From Tetramitus jugosus (Eukaryota > Protista > Heterolobosea), in assembly GCA_937625935.1 (NCBI GenBank), contig OW569384.1:248001-312000 (forward strand): a DNA stretch of 64,000 nt, read 5' to 3'. Shown one piece after another: positions 55,276 to 64,000 of this stretch. The position numbers and the translations under genes are program-made. The notes below the pieces were generated by a model that worked only from the letters and a program-made list of their open reading frames with translations, was not told where the DNA came from and made no database searches. Within the stretch, counting starts at the first letter, position 1. Every line of letters starts with the position of its first letter.

Positions 55276-55621
55276 AGACGATTAGGTGGATTCGGCGAAT
55301 CATTGTTCTTTTAGTCGAGAGTGGAATTTCTTGACATCGGATAGCGGCACGCCATCCGATTCCAGGGAATATTATTGTAAATGATTGGCCTTGAATGGCA
55401 GTTTCGATCATTTTGTTATTTCGCCGATGTCAGTTTTGGACGCCTGTGAAGAATCATAAAGCAGTTCTAGCAGAACGTGGGATAGCTAATTGTCTATTAT
55501 GGGTACTCCCCTATGTTCTGGTAGTGTCTAATCATTGTCTTCCGCATAAACCTGAAGTTGGAATTCTCTGGAGCTCAAAAAAAACTGTCTGGTAGGCGAA
55601 TCCTCACCTCTGCCAGATAGT
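55276..55621 (+). ncRNA. Candidate structured RNA of unknown family
   Basis: Six helices of 7-12 bp found by eye, with G-U pairs consistently on the + strand; no long ORF. Confidence 0.4.
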
Positions 55622-55750
55622 GTTCTCAATTATCCCCTCCTGCCAAGCTAAAACAAAAAACGAACCAAAGTCACTCACTCACACTCATCGCACATCCCTT
55701 GTTTGTTTGTGCTCCAACATTCCCCGAGAAAACTTTGACAAACACACCAG

Positions 55751-55850
55751 GTAAGTCTGATTCACAAACAAAAAGTCCTTTCCACGATTGTAATCAACAA
55801 AAGTATCTTTTACTGACTCTCTTATTGTCCTTTACATCCCTTCCTTGCAG
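55751..55850 (+). other. Spliceosomal intron in non-coding sequence (probable 5' UTR intron of the TBC gene)
   Basis: CAG|GTAAGT donor, TACTGAC branch point at 55811, polypyrimidine tract and TTGCAG acceptor. Confidence 0.7.
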
Positions 55851-56263
55851 CTTGTTTAGGCGTGCGCACTCTATTTTTGTTGAAAAATATTCCCGCTACA
55901 CGGAACTCAATCGCACTCTCGTTGAAATAGCCGCAAACCTGTGCTAATTGTGCCTCTTCCATAAATTCAGCAAAACAAGAACCACAAAGCAACAACAGAC
56001 ACCAACAATACCAACCAACACCAACCAGTTCAAGCAAAGTGATACCAATACTCGTACACAATAGCAATCTCACTGAGAGCTACACTTTTGCTTTTCCTCA
56101 GTTTCAGTCATTGCCCCAAGCGTCTTCTTCAGCTCAAAAAACCAAAGCTAAAAAAACACCAAGCACAACAACAACAAAAACAACATTCAACAACAACAAC
56201 AGTAACCAACATCAACAACAACAACAAGTTCAGACCCAACACAACAATAACACAACAACCACC

Positions 56264-57775
56264 ATGAAATACAAGAATAGAAGTGTATCATTCACATATG
56301 GACAACATCGTCAACAACAACTGAAACAGCAGCAGCAATACATGTATGAGCCATGGATGAACTCTACCAGTACAGATGAAATGGGTGGTGCCACTAGTGT
56401 AGGCTCATCAGGTGACTTCTCTGCCGTCTCTGAAGACCATGTCGTTGCCACGACCTATTACGATGAAGATTTCCCCGAATTGGACCTTTCCAAATTCTCC
56501 GCCACCAAAAATACAACAACCGCGACTACGACCAGTCCAACCACACCTAAAAAAGAAGAAAAAAAGAAGCAAGATTTACGGTGGACTGAACTCATCATTG
56601 ACAAGGAACATGATTACATGTACAGTGACATTGGTCACAAGCAGAGTAGTCGTTTGTTGTTTGAGACGGATGCGTTCGAACATATTCCACGTCAGTGTCG
56701 ATGGATCTTGTGGGACAAGTTGTCACGAGTGAGATCACATGCATCACAATTGCCTCCTCATCTGTATGACTTGTTATTGAAGGATGCTTATCAACATGTC
56801 AATGTATCGATATCGTCAGATGCAACAACAACAACAACAATTGGTTCTAACATGTTACCGTTTGATGAATGGACATGTATCAATTACAATAACAGTGAAA
56901 ATAATGGCCAAAGTAATGAAGAAGTGAAAAATGTGAGACAAATCTTGTTGGATATACCAAGGACGTGCGATGAGAAGAATTTCGTGTTTGATCACTCCAA
57001 GGACCAAGCCAAACAAAGCATGTTTCACATCTTGTACTCACTGTCCAAGTATTATCCAAGTGTGGGATACTGTCAGGGCATGAGTTACATTTGTGCAGAG
57101 TTGTTGAGTGTGATGGAGACGGAAGAAGATTCGTTCCTCATGTTTCTCACATTGATGGATCGATACGAGTTGCATCAATTGTATCTACCAGGCTTTCCCA
57201 AGCTACAACAGATTCGATTCGTGTTTGATCGTCTGTTCAAGAAGAGAGATCAACGCTTGTTCCTCCATTTGGAACGGTTGGGCGTCACTTCGGATCTCTA
57301 TCTAACCAAGTGGTACCTCAGTCTGTTTTGCGTCTCGTTTCCACAAGAGTTTGTACTTAGGCTGTGGGACGCCTTCTTGTTCAAGGGATGGATCGTCATG
57401 CATCAACTCGTCTTCTCCATGCTCAACTTTTTCAGGAGAGATTTGTTGGCTTGCAGGGACATGGATCGGGCCATTGACATTATTCACAATGATTTGTCAA
57501 AGTTTGTCTCCAGTCTGGACAATCGACAAAAGGTGTTCTACATGTCTCGTGGCATGTTCACCGAACAGGATATGAGCAGATTTGAACGCGAGTATGAACA
57601 AGAAGAAGCAGACAGACTCCGGAGGATAAAAGAACAGGAAGAAGCAGAAGTGATCAAGAAGATGAAGGAGAGTGAGAAGACGGAACCTGATTGTGTAACA
57701 CCTCCTGATACCCCAAAGGAGAATGTGGCAAACACAATTGCCCAACATATTGAGCCTGTCGCATCCAATGTGTAA
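56264..57775 (+). CDS. Rab-GAP TBC domain protein
   Basis: IPRQCRWILW, QILLDIPRT (Arg finger), GYCQGM (Gln finger), YLTKWYLSLF and RLWDAFL motifs; first ATG at 56264. Confidence 0.92.
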   Translation: MKYKNRSVSFTYGQHRQQQLKQQQQYMYEPWMNSTSTDEMGGATSVGSSGDFSAVSEDHVVATTYYDEDFPELDLSKFSATKNTTTATTTSPTTPKKEEKKKQDLRWTELIIDKEHDYMYSDIGHKQSSRLLFETDAFEHIPRQCRWILWDKLSRVRSHASQLPPHLYDLLLKDAYQHVNVSISSDATTTTTIGSNMLPFDEWTCINYNNSENNGQSNEEVKNVRQILLDIPRTCDEKNFVFDHSKDQAKQSMFHILYSLSKYYPSVGYCQGMSYICAELLSVMETEEDSFLMFLTLMDRYELHQLYLPGFPKLQQIRFVFDRLFKKRDQRLFLHLERLGVTSDLYLTKWYLSLFCVSFPQEFVLRLWDAFLFKGWIVMHQLVFSMLNFFRRDLLACRDMDRAIDIIHNDLSKFVSSLDNRQKVFYMSRGMFTEQDMSRFEREYEQEEADRLRRIKEQEEAEVIKKMKESEKTEPDCVTPPDTPKENVANTIAQHIEPVASNV

Positions 57776-57885
57776 TTGAGATCAAACCAAGGCTTTAATG
57801 TGTTCATTTTTGTTATTTATTATAATGTACATAAAAATTGAAATTCATAGGATACCAGGTCATGTTCCATAATGCAAATGAAGGT

Positions 57886-59100
57886 TTAATGAACGGTACA
57901 AACACAAATAGTGATATCATCTTGCTTTCCACCATAGAATCTCTTTCGATGAGCCAAACTATATCTCTGGAATGGTGTCTCTGCAGTTCTGGATCTCGAT
58001 GTAACGACAGCCTTCTTCAGTAAATCACCTGCAATCAAGGAAGCAAGTGCTTGCTCTTCATCGCCCTGCAGTTGATCAATGTCCTTGCGTTTCATGTGTT
58101 CTGTCACAATCGATGCAACATCCTCATCAAACACATTATCTGTTAGTCCGTCTGTCGCTAACACAATAACATCTCCTCGATGTAGCTTCAATGGCTCTGG
58201 AAGCTCATCTCCCATGGAAACATCATCCGCTGATTCTCCTCTTCTTCTCGGAGCCGTTAATTGATAAGGGCAATTGAAGAAATGAGTTTGATCCTGAGTT
58301 CTATAGAATACCTTGCCCTCGCGAATCACATAAAATGCACTATCTCCCAAATTGATGCTCGAGAGCTCATAGGAAGGTGGAGTCAACGTCTCATTGCGAT
58401 CAATCGCCACCACACAAGCCGTCGCACCTCCAACCGCCACCAAACGATCCCTAATAATCAAATCGTAAGCATTGGTCAGTGCTTGCTTCGGAGTAATATT
58501 CGGTGAAGCTTCAAATTGTTTCTTGGATTGTTCCATGAGAGCCCAGGCCATTTCCGAGGGATCTACAGGCTTGCCATTGACAATCATTTCCGAGTAGCCA
58601 CCGACTCCATCAGCCACACCGATGGCCAACACTCTCTGAACACCACCACCACCACCATGATTCGCCTCAGAATTGGAAGCACCAGATGCATCACCAGTCA
58701 ACCAATTCTTCTTCTTTTGATTGACATCTTCTTGAAGATCATAAACAAAGTAGGCATCTTCACCACAGTCTTCCATACCCAATCGATTGGCATTTGGATA
58801 TTTTGGAAGATAGGAAACACTTGTACGTAGCTTCAACAATGTTGGAGGAGATGAAGGTGCTGCTACCTTGGTAGAGCTATTCGTGTTGTTCATGGAAAAG
58901 AACCGATTCCCTATTGTAGATCTCTTCTTGTTCATCATCATGGAGGGATACATGGGATGAATGATCAATTGTTGGATCCGATTCAATAGTCGTTGGTTGT
59001 CCACAGTTGTGAAAAAATGGGTGTTGTTGCTGTGGTGGATCATGGTGGTGGTGGTAGTGGCCTTGTTCAATAGAGGAGATAGTCTCGTTTTGTGCGACAT
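57886..59100 (-). CDS. PPTC7: PP2C-family phosphatase PTC7 homologue with probable mitochondrial presequence
   Basis: GEDAYF, GVADGVGG, NLGDS, QTHFFNCPYQL, LATDGLTDN and GGKQDDIT motifs. Confidence 0.92.
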   Translation of the reverse strand: MSHKTRLSPLLNKATTTTTMIHHSNNTHFFTTVDNQRLLNRIQQLIIHPMYPSMMMNKKRSTIGNRFFSMNNTNSSTKVAAPSSPPTLLKLRTSVSYLPKYPNANRLGMEDCGEDAYFVYDLQEDVNQKKKNWLTGDASGASNSEANHGGGGGVQRVLAIGVADGVGGYSEMIVNGKPVDPSEMAWALMEQSKKQFEASPNITPKQALTNAYDLIIRDRLVAVGGATACVVAIDRNETLTPPSYELSSINLGDSAFYVIREGKVFYRTQDQTHFFNCPYQLTAPRRRGESADDVSMGDELPEPLKLHRGDVIVLATDGLTDNVFDEDVASIVTEHMKRKDIDQLQGDEEQALASLIAGDLLKKAVVTSRSRTAETPFQRYSLAHRKRFYGGKQDDITICVCTVH

Positions 59101-59166
59101 GTGTGTTTGTTTGATTGTTTAATCACTTTCTTTGTGTTTTTTGTTTGTGTTGCGACTGTCATTTCG

Positions 59167-60302
59167 TCAGACAAATTCAAATTCACAATCCGAACAACCA
59201 AGATCAAAAGCAGGATACAAGTCGAGGTCATTGAGACCACGAAAAGCAACACGTGAAGCTTGACCATCGACTGAAAAACTCATTTCTCCATTCTCAAGTG
59301 ACACTCCAACCACTGCTCCAGTATGATGGAAACCTTGACGGAGAAAATATTTTCCACCGTCCTCACTCTGAGTCTGGGAATGCAACCTACCAGTTGTAGA
59401 AGAAAGGTACCATCCACAACTATTGTAATTTTGACCGTCCTTGTTGATTGCTCTCGGTGCCATTCCAATCATTAAGTCCCAGCAATTACTGGTCAATCGA
59501 ACTGAAAACGAAGCACATTTGGTTCCAAGTGCTCCACAGTTAAAACCTCTCTCCCATTTTTCGTAATTCTCTTGTTGTTCCGGGAAAGTGTGGCACTTCT
59601 GCCAATGAATTGGGGATCAAATAACATTGGTGGAGAGTTGTGTTGAACTGCTTTTCCAATTTGTGAATTCAAGGCGAAACAATATTGTGCCCTATTTTCA
59701 ACATCTTCGGCAATCCACGAATTAATAGCATAAAAGGCGTTTCTGTCATTGTACTTGTGAACTAACATTTCCAATACAGACATCCATTGTTCAACATTCA
59801 GAGTCAAATATGAATCCCCTTTCAATATTTCATCTGACGATATTTTAAACCGTTGTTTCATGGCTCGTTTGACCGTTTTGAATTGATCTTGCTCCAAATC
59901 CAAGTGCAAGCATTGTACAGCGTTACTACAATCCATAGTACTGATCAAATGATCAATAAGAACCGGAATCAACGCATTCAATTGATACTTTTGTGCCAAC
60001 AAAATCAATGGAACAACTTCTTTCTTGTTGTTGATCACAAGATGACAGGTGTAAAGACTCTTGATCAAATCAGTCAACAATTTTTCATCATCTTCTTGAT
60101 CAATCTTGACAATTCCCTCTCTTGACTCGATCGTATCATGCTCAAAACAAGCCTTGAAAAAGTCACTCTCAATCATAAGAATGAATTTGTGCAAGAACAA
60201 TATTGTTTCACTCTTTGTGAACAACAATTGACAATCAGAAATTGTTTTATCGTTGAAGTACTGACTCAGTTTGGTTTTGTTTGCAAATGAAATAGTGCTC
60301 AT
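59167..60302 (-). pseudogene. BTB/POZ-SPRY gene, copy 1, with a 1-nt frameshift near 59548
   Basis: ORFs 59493-60365 and 59167-59496 together match paralogues 2 and 3 if one base is restored. A sequencing error cannot be excluded. Confidence 0.65.
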
Positions 60303-60464
60303 GGTTGTGTTGTTCGTTTGATCCAAAGCTTTGGTCGAGACGGTGGAAATTGTTTGGCCAAACATGTCAAATGTCCAAAATAACTCAAGTTACAACCTCT
60401 GGACAGGTTAAACACTCGTACTTAGCTTTAAAAATGACGATGTATACGAAGATGGTCCCTTGTT

Positions 60465-60637
60465 GCTATTCGTGTTGTTCATGGAAGAACTGATTCATTA
60501 TCTCTTGTTGCTAGAGTTGAGGGATACTTGGGTTGTGAAAGAAAATGGGTGCTGTTGCTGTGGTGGATCATATCGGTGGTGGACTTGTTCAATAGGGGGA
60601 CAACCTTGTTTTGTGTGGCATGTGTGCTTGATTGTTT
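60465..60637 (-). pseudogene. Degenerate duplicate of the 5' end of PPTC7
   Basis: Clear nucleotide similarity to 58876-59120; peptide PLLNKSTTDMIHHSNSTHF versus PLLNKATTTTTMIHHSNNTHF. Confidence 0.8.
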
Positions 60638-60656
60638 GGTAGTGTTGCTTCTGTGG

Positions 60657-61799
60657 CTACACGAATTCAAATTCACAATCGAGGTAAGAGATGTCAAAAG
60701 CAGGATACAAGTCAAGACCATGGAGATCTCGAAAAGCGACACCCAAATCTTGACCATTGACTGAAAAACTCATCTCTCCATTCTCAAGTGACACTCCAAT
60801 CACTGTTCCATTTTGGTTAACAGTTTTGTTGTGGTATGATTCATCAAAGGCACCACTCTGAGAATACAAATTACCACTTACGCAATACAGGTACCACCCA
60901 CAACAATTAAAATTTTCTCCATCCTTGTCGATTGTTCTTGGGGCCATTCCAATCATCATATTAGCGCAATTCTTGATCAATCGAATTGAAAACGAATCAC
61001 ATTTGGTTCCAAGAGCTGCACAGTTATAACCATCCTCTGCGCTTTTCTTAATTCTCTTTTTGTCCTCAGAAAGAGTGGCTCTACTTCCAGTGTACAGTGG
61101 ATCAAATGATACTCCATTTGACTTGTTATTTGGATTGATTTGAACTACTTTCTTGACTGCAGAATTCAATGCATAGCAATATTGTGCTCGATCCTCGACG
61201 TCAACCTCAACCCAAGAATTGATAGCAAGCACTACATCAAGCGCATTGCCCTTGTGAACTAACATTTCCAATGCACAGATCCACTCGTCAACATTCAACG
61301 TCAAATATGAATCTCCTTTCAATATTTCATCTGATGACGCAGCAAGTTGTTGTTGCATTATTTGTTTGACTTGTTTGAATTGTTCATTCTCCAAATCCAA
61401 ATGCAAACATTGCAAAACGTTGCTACGATCCGTATTAATGATCAAATGATCAATAAGAATAGGAATCAATTCATTCAATTGATACTTCTGTGCCAAGAGA
61501 ATAGTTGGAACTATATCTTTCTTGTCCTCAATCACAAGATGACAGGTATAAAGACTCTTTATCAAATCAGTCATTAATTTTTCATCGTCTTCTTGATCAA
61601 TTCTGACAATTCCTTCTCTTGACTCAATCATATCAAGCTCGAAACAAGCTCTGAAAAAGTCACTGGAAGCCATAAGAATGAACTTGTGCGAGAACAACGT
61701 CGTGTTACTCTGTGTGAACAATATTTGACAATCAGACAGATTCTTGTTGTTGAAGAATCGAGTGTAATTGATTTGACTCGCAAAAGAGATACCGTTCAT
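60657..61799 (-). CDS. BTB/POZ + BACK-like + SPRY/B30.2-like protein, copy 2
   Basis: LSDCQI, HKFIL..SSDFF and LLAQKYQL (BTB); MMIGMAP, GWYL, GTVIGV, SFSVNG..LGVAF and LYPAF (SPRY-like). Confidence 0.85.
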   Translation of the reverse strand: MNGISFASQINYTRFFNNKNLSDCQILFTQSNTTLFSHKFILMASSDFFRACFELDMIESREGIVRIDQEDDEKLMTDLIKSLYTCHLVIEDKKDIVPTILLAQKYQLNELIPILIDHLIINTDRSNVLQCLHLDLENEQFKQVKQIMQQQLAASSDEILKGDSYLTLNVDEWICALEMLVHKGNALDVVLAINSWVEVDVEDRAQYCYALNSAVKKVVQINPNNKSNGVSFDPLYTGSRATLSEDKKRIKKSAEDGYNCAALGTKCDSFSIRLIKNCANMMIGMAPRTIDKDGENFNCCGWYLYCVSGNLYSQSGAFDESYHNKTVNQNGTVIGVSLENGEMSFSVNGQDLGVAFRDLHGLDLYPAFDISYLDCEFEFV

Positions 61800-62196
61800 T
61801 ATCGTGTTGACTTTCTTTTTTATTCTGCAAATCTTTGGCGATCCAGAGTTTTCTTGGCTCTTTCAGATGTCAAATTTTCGGTGCAATTCCAATCATGAAG
61901 TCCTTGAAAAGATTCCGTTTTTTCCTACTATTGTAAATTCTCAGTAAGACCGCGGTGACCATTTGTATGTACGCATAACATTGCACTAGTACTTCTTCAT
62001 CCTCAGCATCCATTTCTTTCATGGTAATGAACGGAACGTGCAATAAATGAGGAAGTAGCACGCTTTTGTTTCCTAAATGAAGCATTCTCATTAACCATGA
62101 TTTGATACTGGTTCGTTGAAGGCAACCCTGACCCGAGAAAATTCAAGGTGGTTCAGCGAAATGGACTCCTTCACACATCATTAAGTATGCTTATAC

Positions 62197-63333
62197 TCAC
62201 ATAAATTGAAATTCACAGTCTGAATCAAAAATATCAAACCCAGGATACAAGTCGAGATCACCGAGACTACGAAAAGCAACACCTAAATCCTTTCCATTGA
62301 CTGAAAAACTCATTTCGCCATTCTCAAGTGACACTCCAATCACTGTTCCATCACAATAAGCTGGTTGATTGGAGTATGATTTTCCATGGGAACTACTTTG
62401 TGAGAACAAACGACCATTTAACCAATGAAAGTACCGTCCAAAGCTCTTAAAATTTAAATCCTTGTTGGTTGTTCTTGGAGTCATTCCGATCATTAAGTTA
62501 GTGCAATTCTTGATCAATCGAACTGAAAACGAATCACATTTGGTTCCAAGTGCTCCACAGTTAAAACCATTCTTCCCCGTTTTATGAATTCTCTTGTTGT
62601 CCTCCGAAAGAGCTGCTTCGCTTCCAACATACTGGGGATCAAACACAACCTCGTTTGACTTGATATTTGCATTGCTTCGAACTGCTTTTTTGATTGCACT
62701 ATTCAAGATATAACAATATTGTGTTCGATTCTCAACGTCAAAATCAATCCAAGAATTGACAGCAAACACCGCATCAAGCTCATTGTATTTGTGAACCAAC
62801 ATTTCCAATGCGTAGACCCATTTCTCAACATTAAGAGTCAAATATGTATCTCCTGCCAATATCTTGTCTGATGATGTTTGAAACTCTTGTTTCATCTTTT
62901 GTTTGACTCGTCTGAATTGATCCTGTTCCAAATCCAAGTGCAAGCATTGTAAAACATTTTCATGATCTATAGTATTGACCAAATGATCAATAAGAATAGA
63001 AAGCAAGGCAACGAATTGGTACTTTTGTGCCAACAAAATCCAAGGAATAACTTTCTCGTCTTCAATCGATAGTTGGCCATTATAAACACACTTGATCAAA
63101 TCAGTCAGCAATTTTTCATTCTCCTCGCCTTCCTCTTCGAGTCTGACAATTCCTTCTCTTGACTCAATCATGTCGTACTCGAAACAAGCTCTGAAAAAGT
63201 CACTGGATGGCACGAGAATGAACTTGTTCAGGAACAATGTTGTGTTGCTCTCTGTGAACAACACTTGGCAATCAGACAAAGAGGAATTGTTGAAATATTG
63301 TCCATGGTTGTTTGCAAATGCAACGTGTCTCAT
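62197..63333 (-). CDS. BTB/POZ + BACK-like + SPRY/B30.2-like protein, copy 3
   Basis: Full-length paralogue of copy 2. Confidence 0.85.
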   Translation of the reverse strand: MRHVAFANNHGQYFNNSSLSDCQVLFTESNTTLFLNKFILVPSSDFFRACFEYDMIESREGIVRLEEEGEENEKLLTDLIKCVYNGQLSIEDEKVIPWILLAQKYQFVALLSILIDHLVNTIDHENVLQCLHLDLEQDQFRRVKQKMKQEFQTSSDKILAGDTYLTLNVEKWVYALEMLVHKYNELDAVFAVNSWIDFDVENRTQYCYILNSAIKKAVRSNANIKSNEVVFDPQYVGSEAALSEDNKRIHKTGKNGFNCGALGTKCDSFSVRLIKNCTNLMIGMTPRTTNKDLNFKSFGRYFHWLNGRLFSQSSSHGKSYSNQPAYCDGTVIGVSLENGEMSFSVNGKDLGVAFRSLGDLDLYPGFDIFDSDCEFQFM

Positions 63334-63619
63334 TTTCTGGCCTTGTGTTTGTTTCTTCTTCGTCGTCGTACCGAACTTGAAAACAATTCCGATGCATTTC
63401 GGAGATTGCGAGGCAACAGTGCACTGTATTCTGGTGTTCGTGGGTCAACGGAGTACCTTTAGGATGATTCGCTGGTTTGACTTCTTCATGGCCAGTAGCG
63501 ATATGATGCATTCACATCATTCACATCTGAGCACCACCAGAATCTAACGGTCGATTGAGTTGATACGATTGTTCTGTCGAATGACAGTACCTTGGATTGA
63601 TGGTTGCAGAGCTTTGAAC

Positions 63620-64000
63620 TCACAGAAACTCAAACTCGCAACCCGAATCATAAATATCAAAAGCGGGATGCAAGTCAATGCCTTTGACACCACGAAAAGC
63701 GACACCTAAATCTTGGTCATTGACTGAATAACTCACCTCCCCATCCTGAAGTGACACTCCAATCACTACTCCATCTTGGTCAATTGATTGGTTGTAGTAT
63801 GGTTTGTTGTAGAATGATTTGCCATAGCCACGTTGTGAATACAAACAACCATTTTCACAACACAAGTACCATCCACAACTATTGCAGTTTTTACCATCCT
63901 TGTTGATTGTTCTTGGCGCCATGCCGATCATCAAATTAGTGCAATTCTTGATCAATCGAACTGAAAATGAATCACATTTGGTTCCAAGAGCTCCACAATT
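63620..64000 (-). CDS. BTB-SPRY family protein, copy 4 (SPRY part only; 5' end outside the window)
   Basis: NCGALGTKCDSFSVRLIKNCTNLMIGMAP...LHPAFD matches copies 1-3. Confidence 0.8.
   Translation of the reverse strand, partial: NCGALGTKCDSFSVRLIKNCTNLMIGMAPRTINKDGKNCNSCGWYLCCENGCLYSQRGYGKSFYNKPYYNQSIDQDGVVIGVSLQDGEVSYSVNDQDLGVAFRGVKGIDLHPAFDIYDSGCEFEFL

Larger units (their letters stand above)
59167..64000 (-). repeat. Tandem gene array, about 1.5 kb period, at least 4 units
   Basis: Stop codons at 59167, 60657, 62197 and 63620; shared nucleotide blocks such as cacatttggttccaag and gtgacactccaa. Confidence 0.9.

Noticed and set aside
55290-55600. RNase P/MRP, SRP RNA, SECIS, HDV-like or hammerhead identity for the structured element
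   Set aside because: Only fragments match (GGAATTTC, AGCAG, GGCGAAT, ATGA..GA). The required partner motifs and topology are missing.
59538-59560. Programmed -1 frameshift in BTB-SPRY copy 1
   Set aside because: No X XXY YYZ slippery heptamer in the right frame, and the paralogues are continuous ORFs.
61870-62091. Spacer ORF ending FMIGIAPKI, similar to the SPRY motif MIGMAP
   Set aside because: The match is too short and the flanks do not align with the array copies, so a relic cannot be supported.

Overview
Gene-dense eukaryotic nuclear DNA, not prokaryotic. It has short GT-AG spliceosomal introns with CTRAY-type branch points, very short intergenic gaps and Q/N/T/S low-complexity tracts. 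This fits a free-living protist, possibly a heterolobosean/discoban amoeba (inference only). About 31 protein-coding genes can be modelled. Housekeeping and trafficking genes: ABCF3/GCN20, patatin-like lipase, SRP54, VPS52, 7-exon NEK kinase, BROX-like, ALDH, TTM-like, NAA60-like, Rabconnectin-3/RAV1, GcvT, HEATR6-like, SLC36-type transporter, two TBC GAPs, VASt, synergin-like, NAA80-like and PPTC7. Accessory ubiquitin modules: two paralogous E2 + F-box fusion genes and a tandem array of at least 4 BTB-SPRY genes, one frameshifted. The main leads are: (1) a tandem-RNase III + dsRBD protein whose second catalytic site is charge-reversed; (2) three 280-360 nt intergenic segments that fold by eye into multi-helix structures and match no ncRNA family I recognise; (3) the E2-F-box fusions; (4) two similar introns at the identical codon of both Walker A motifs of ABCF3; (5) a possible DIRS gag-derived orphan; (6) a 96-aa WxxF-motif microprotein. 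No rRNA, tRNA, CRISPR array or intact mobile element was found. All folds, alignments and splice models were done by eye and need computational checking.
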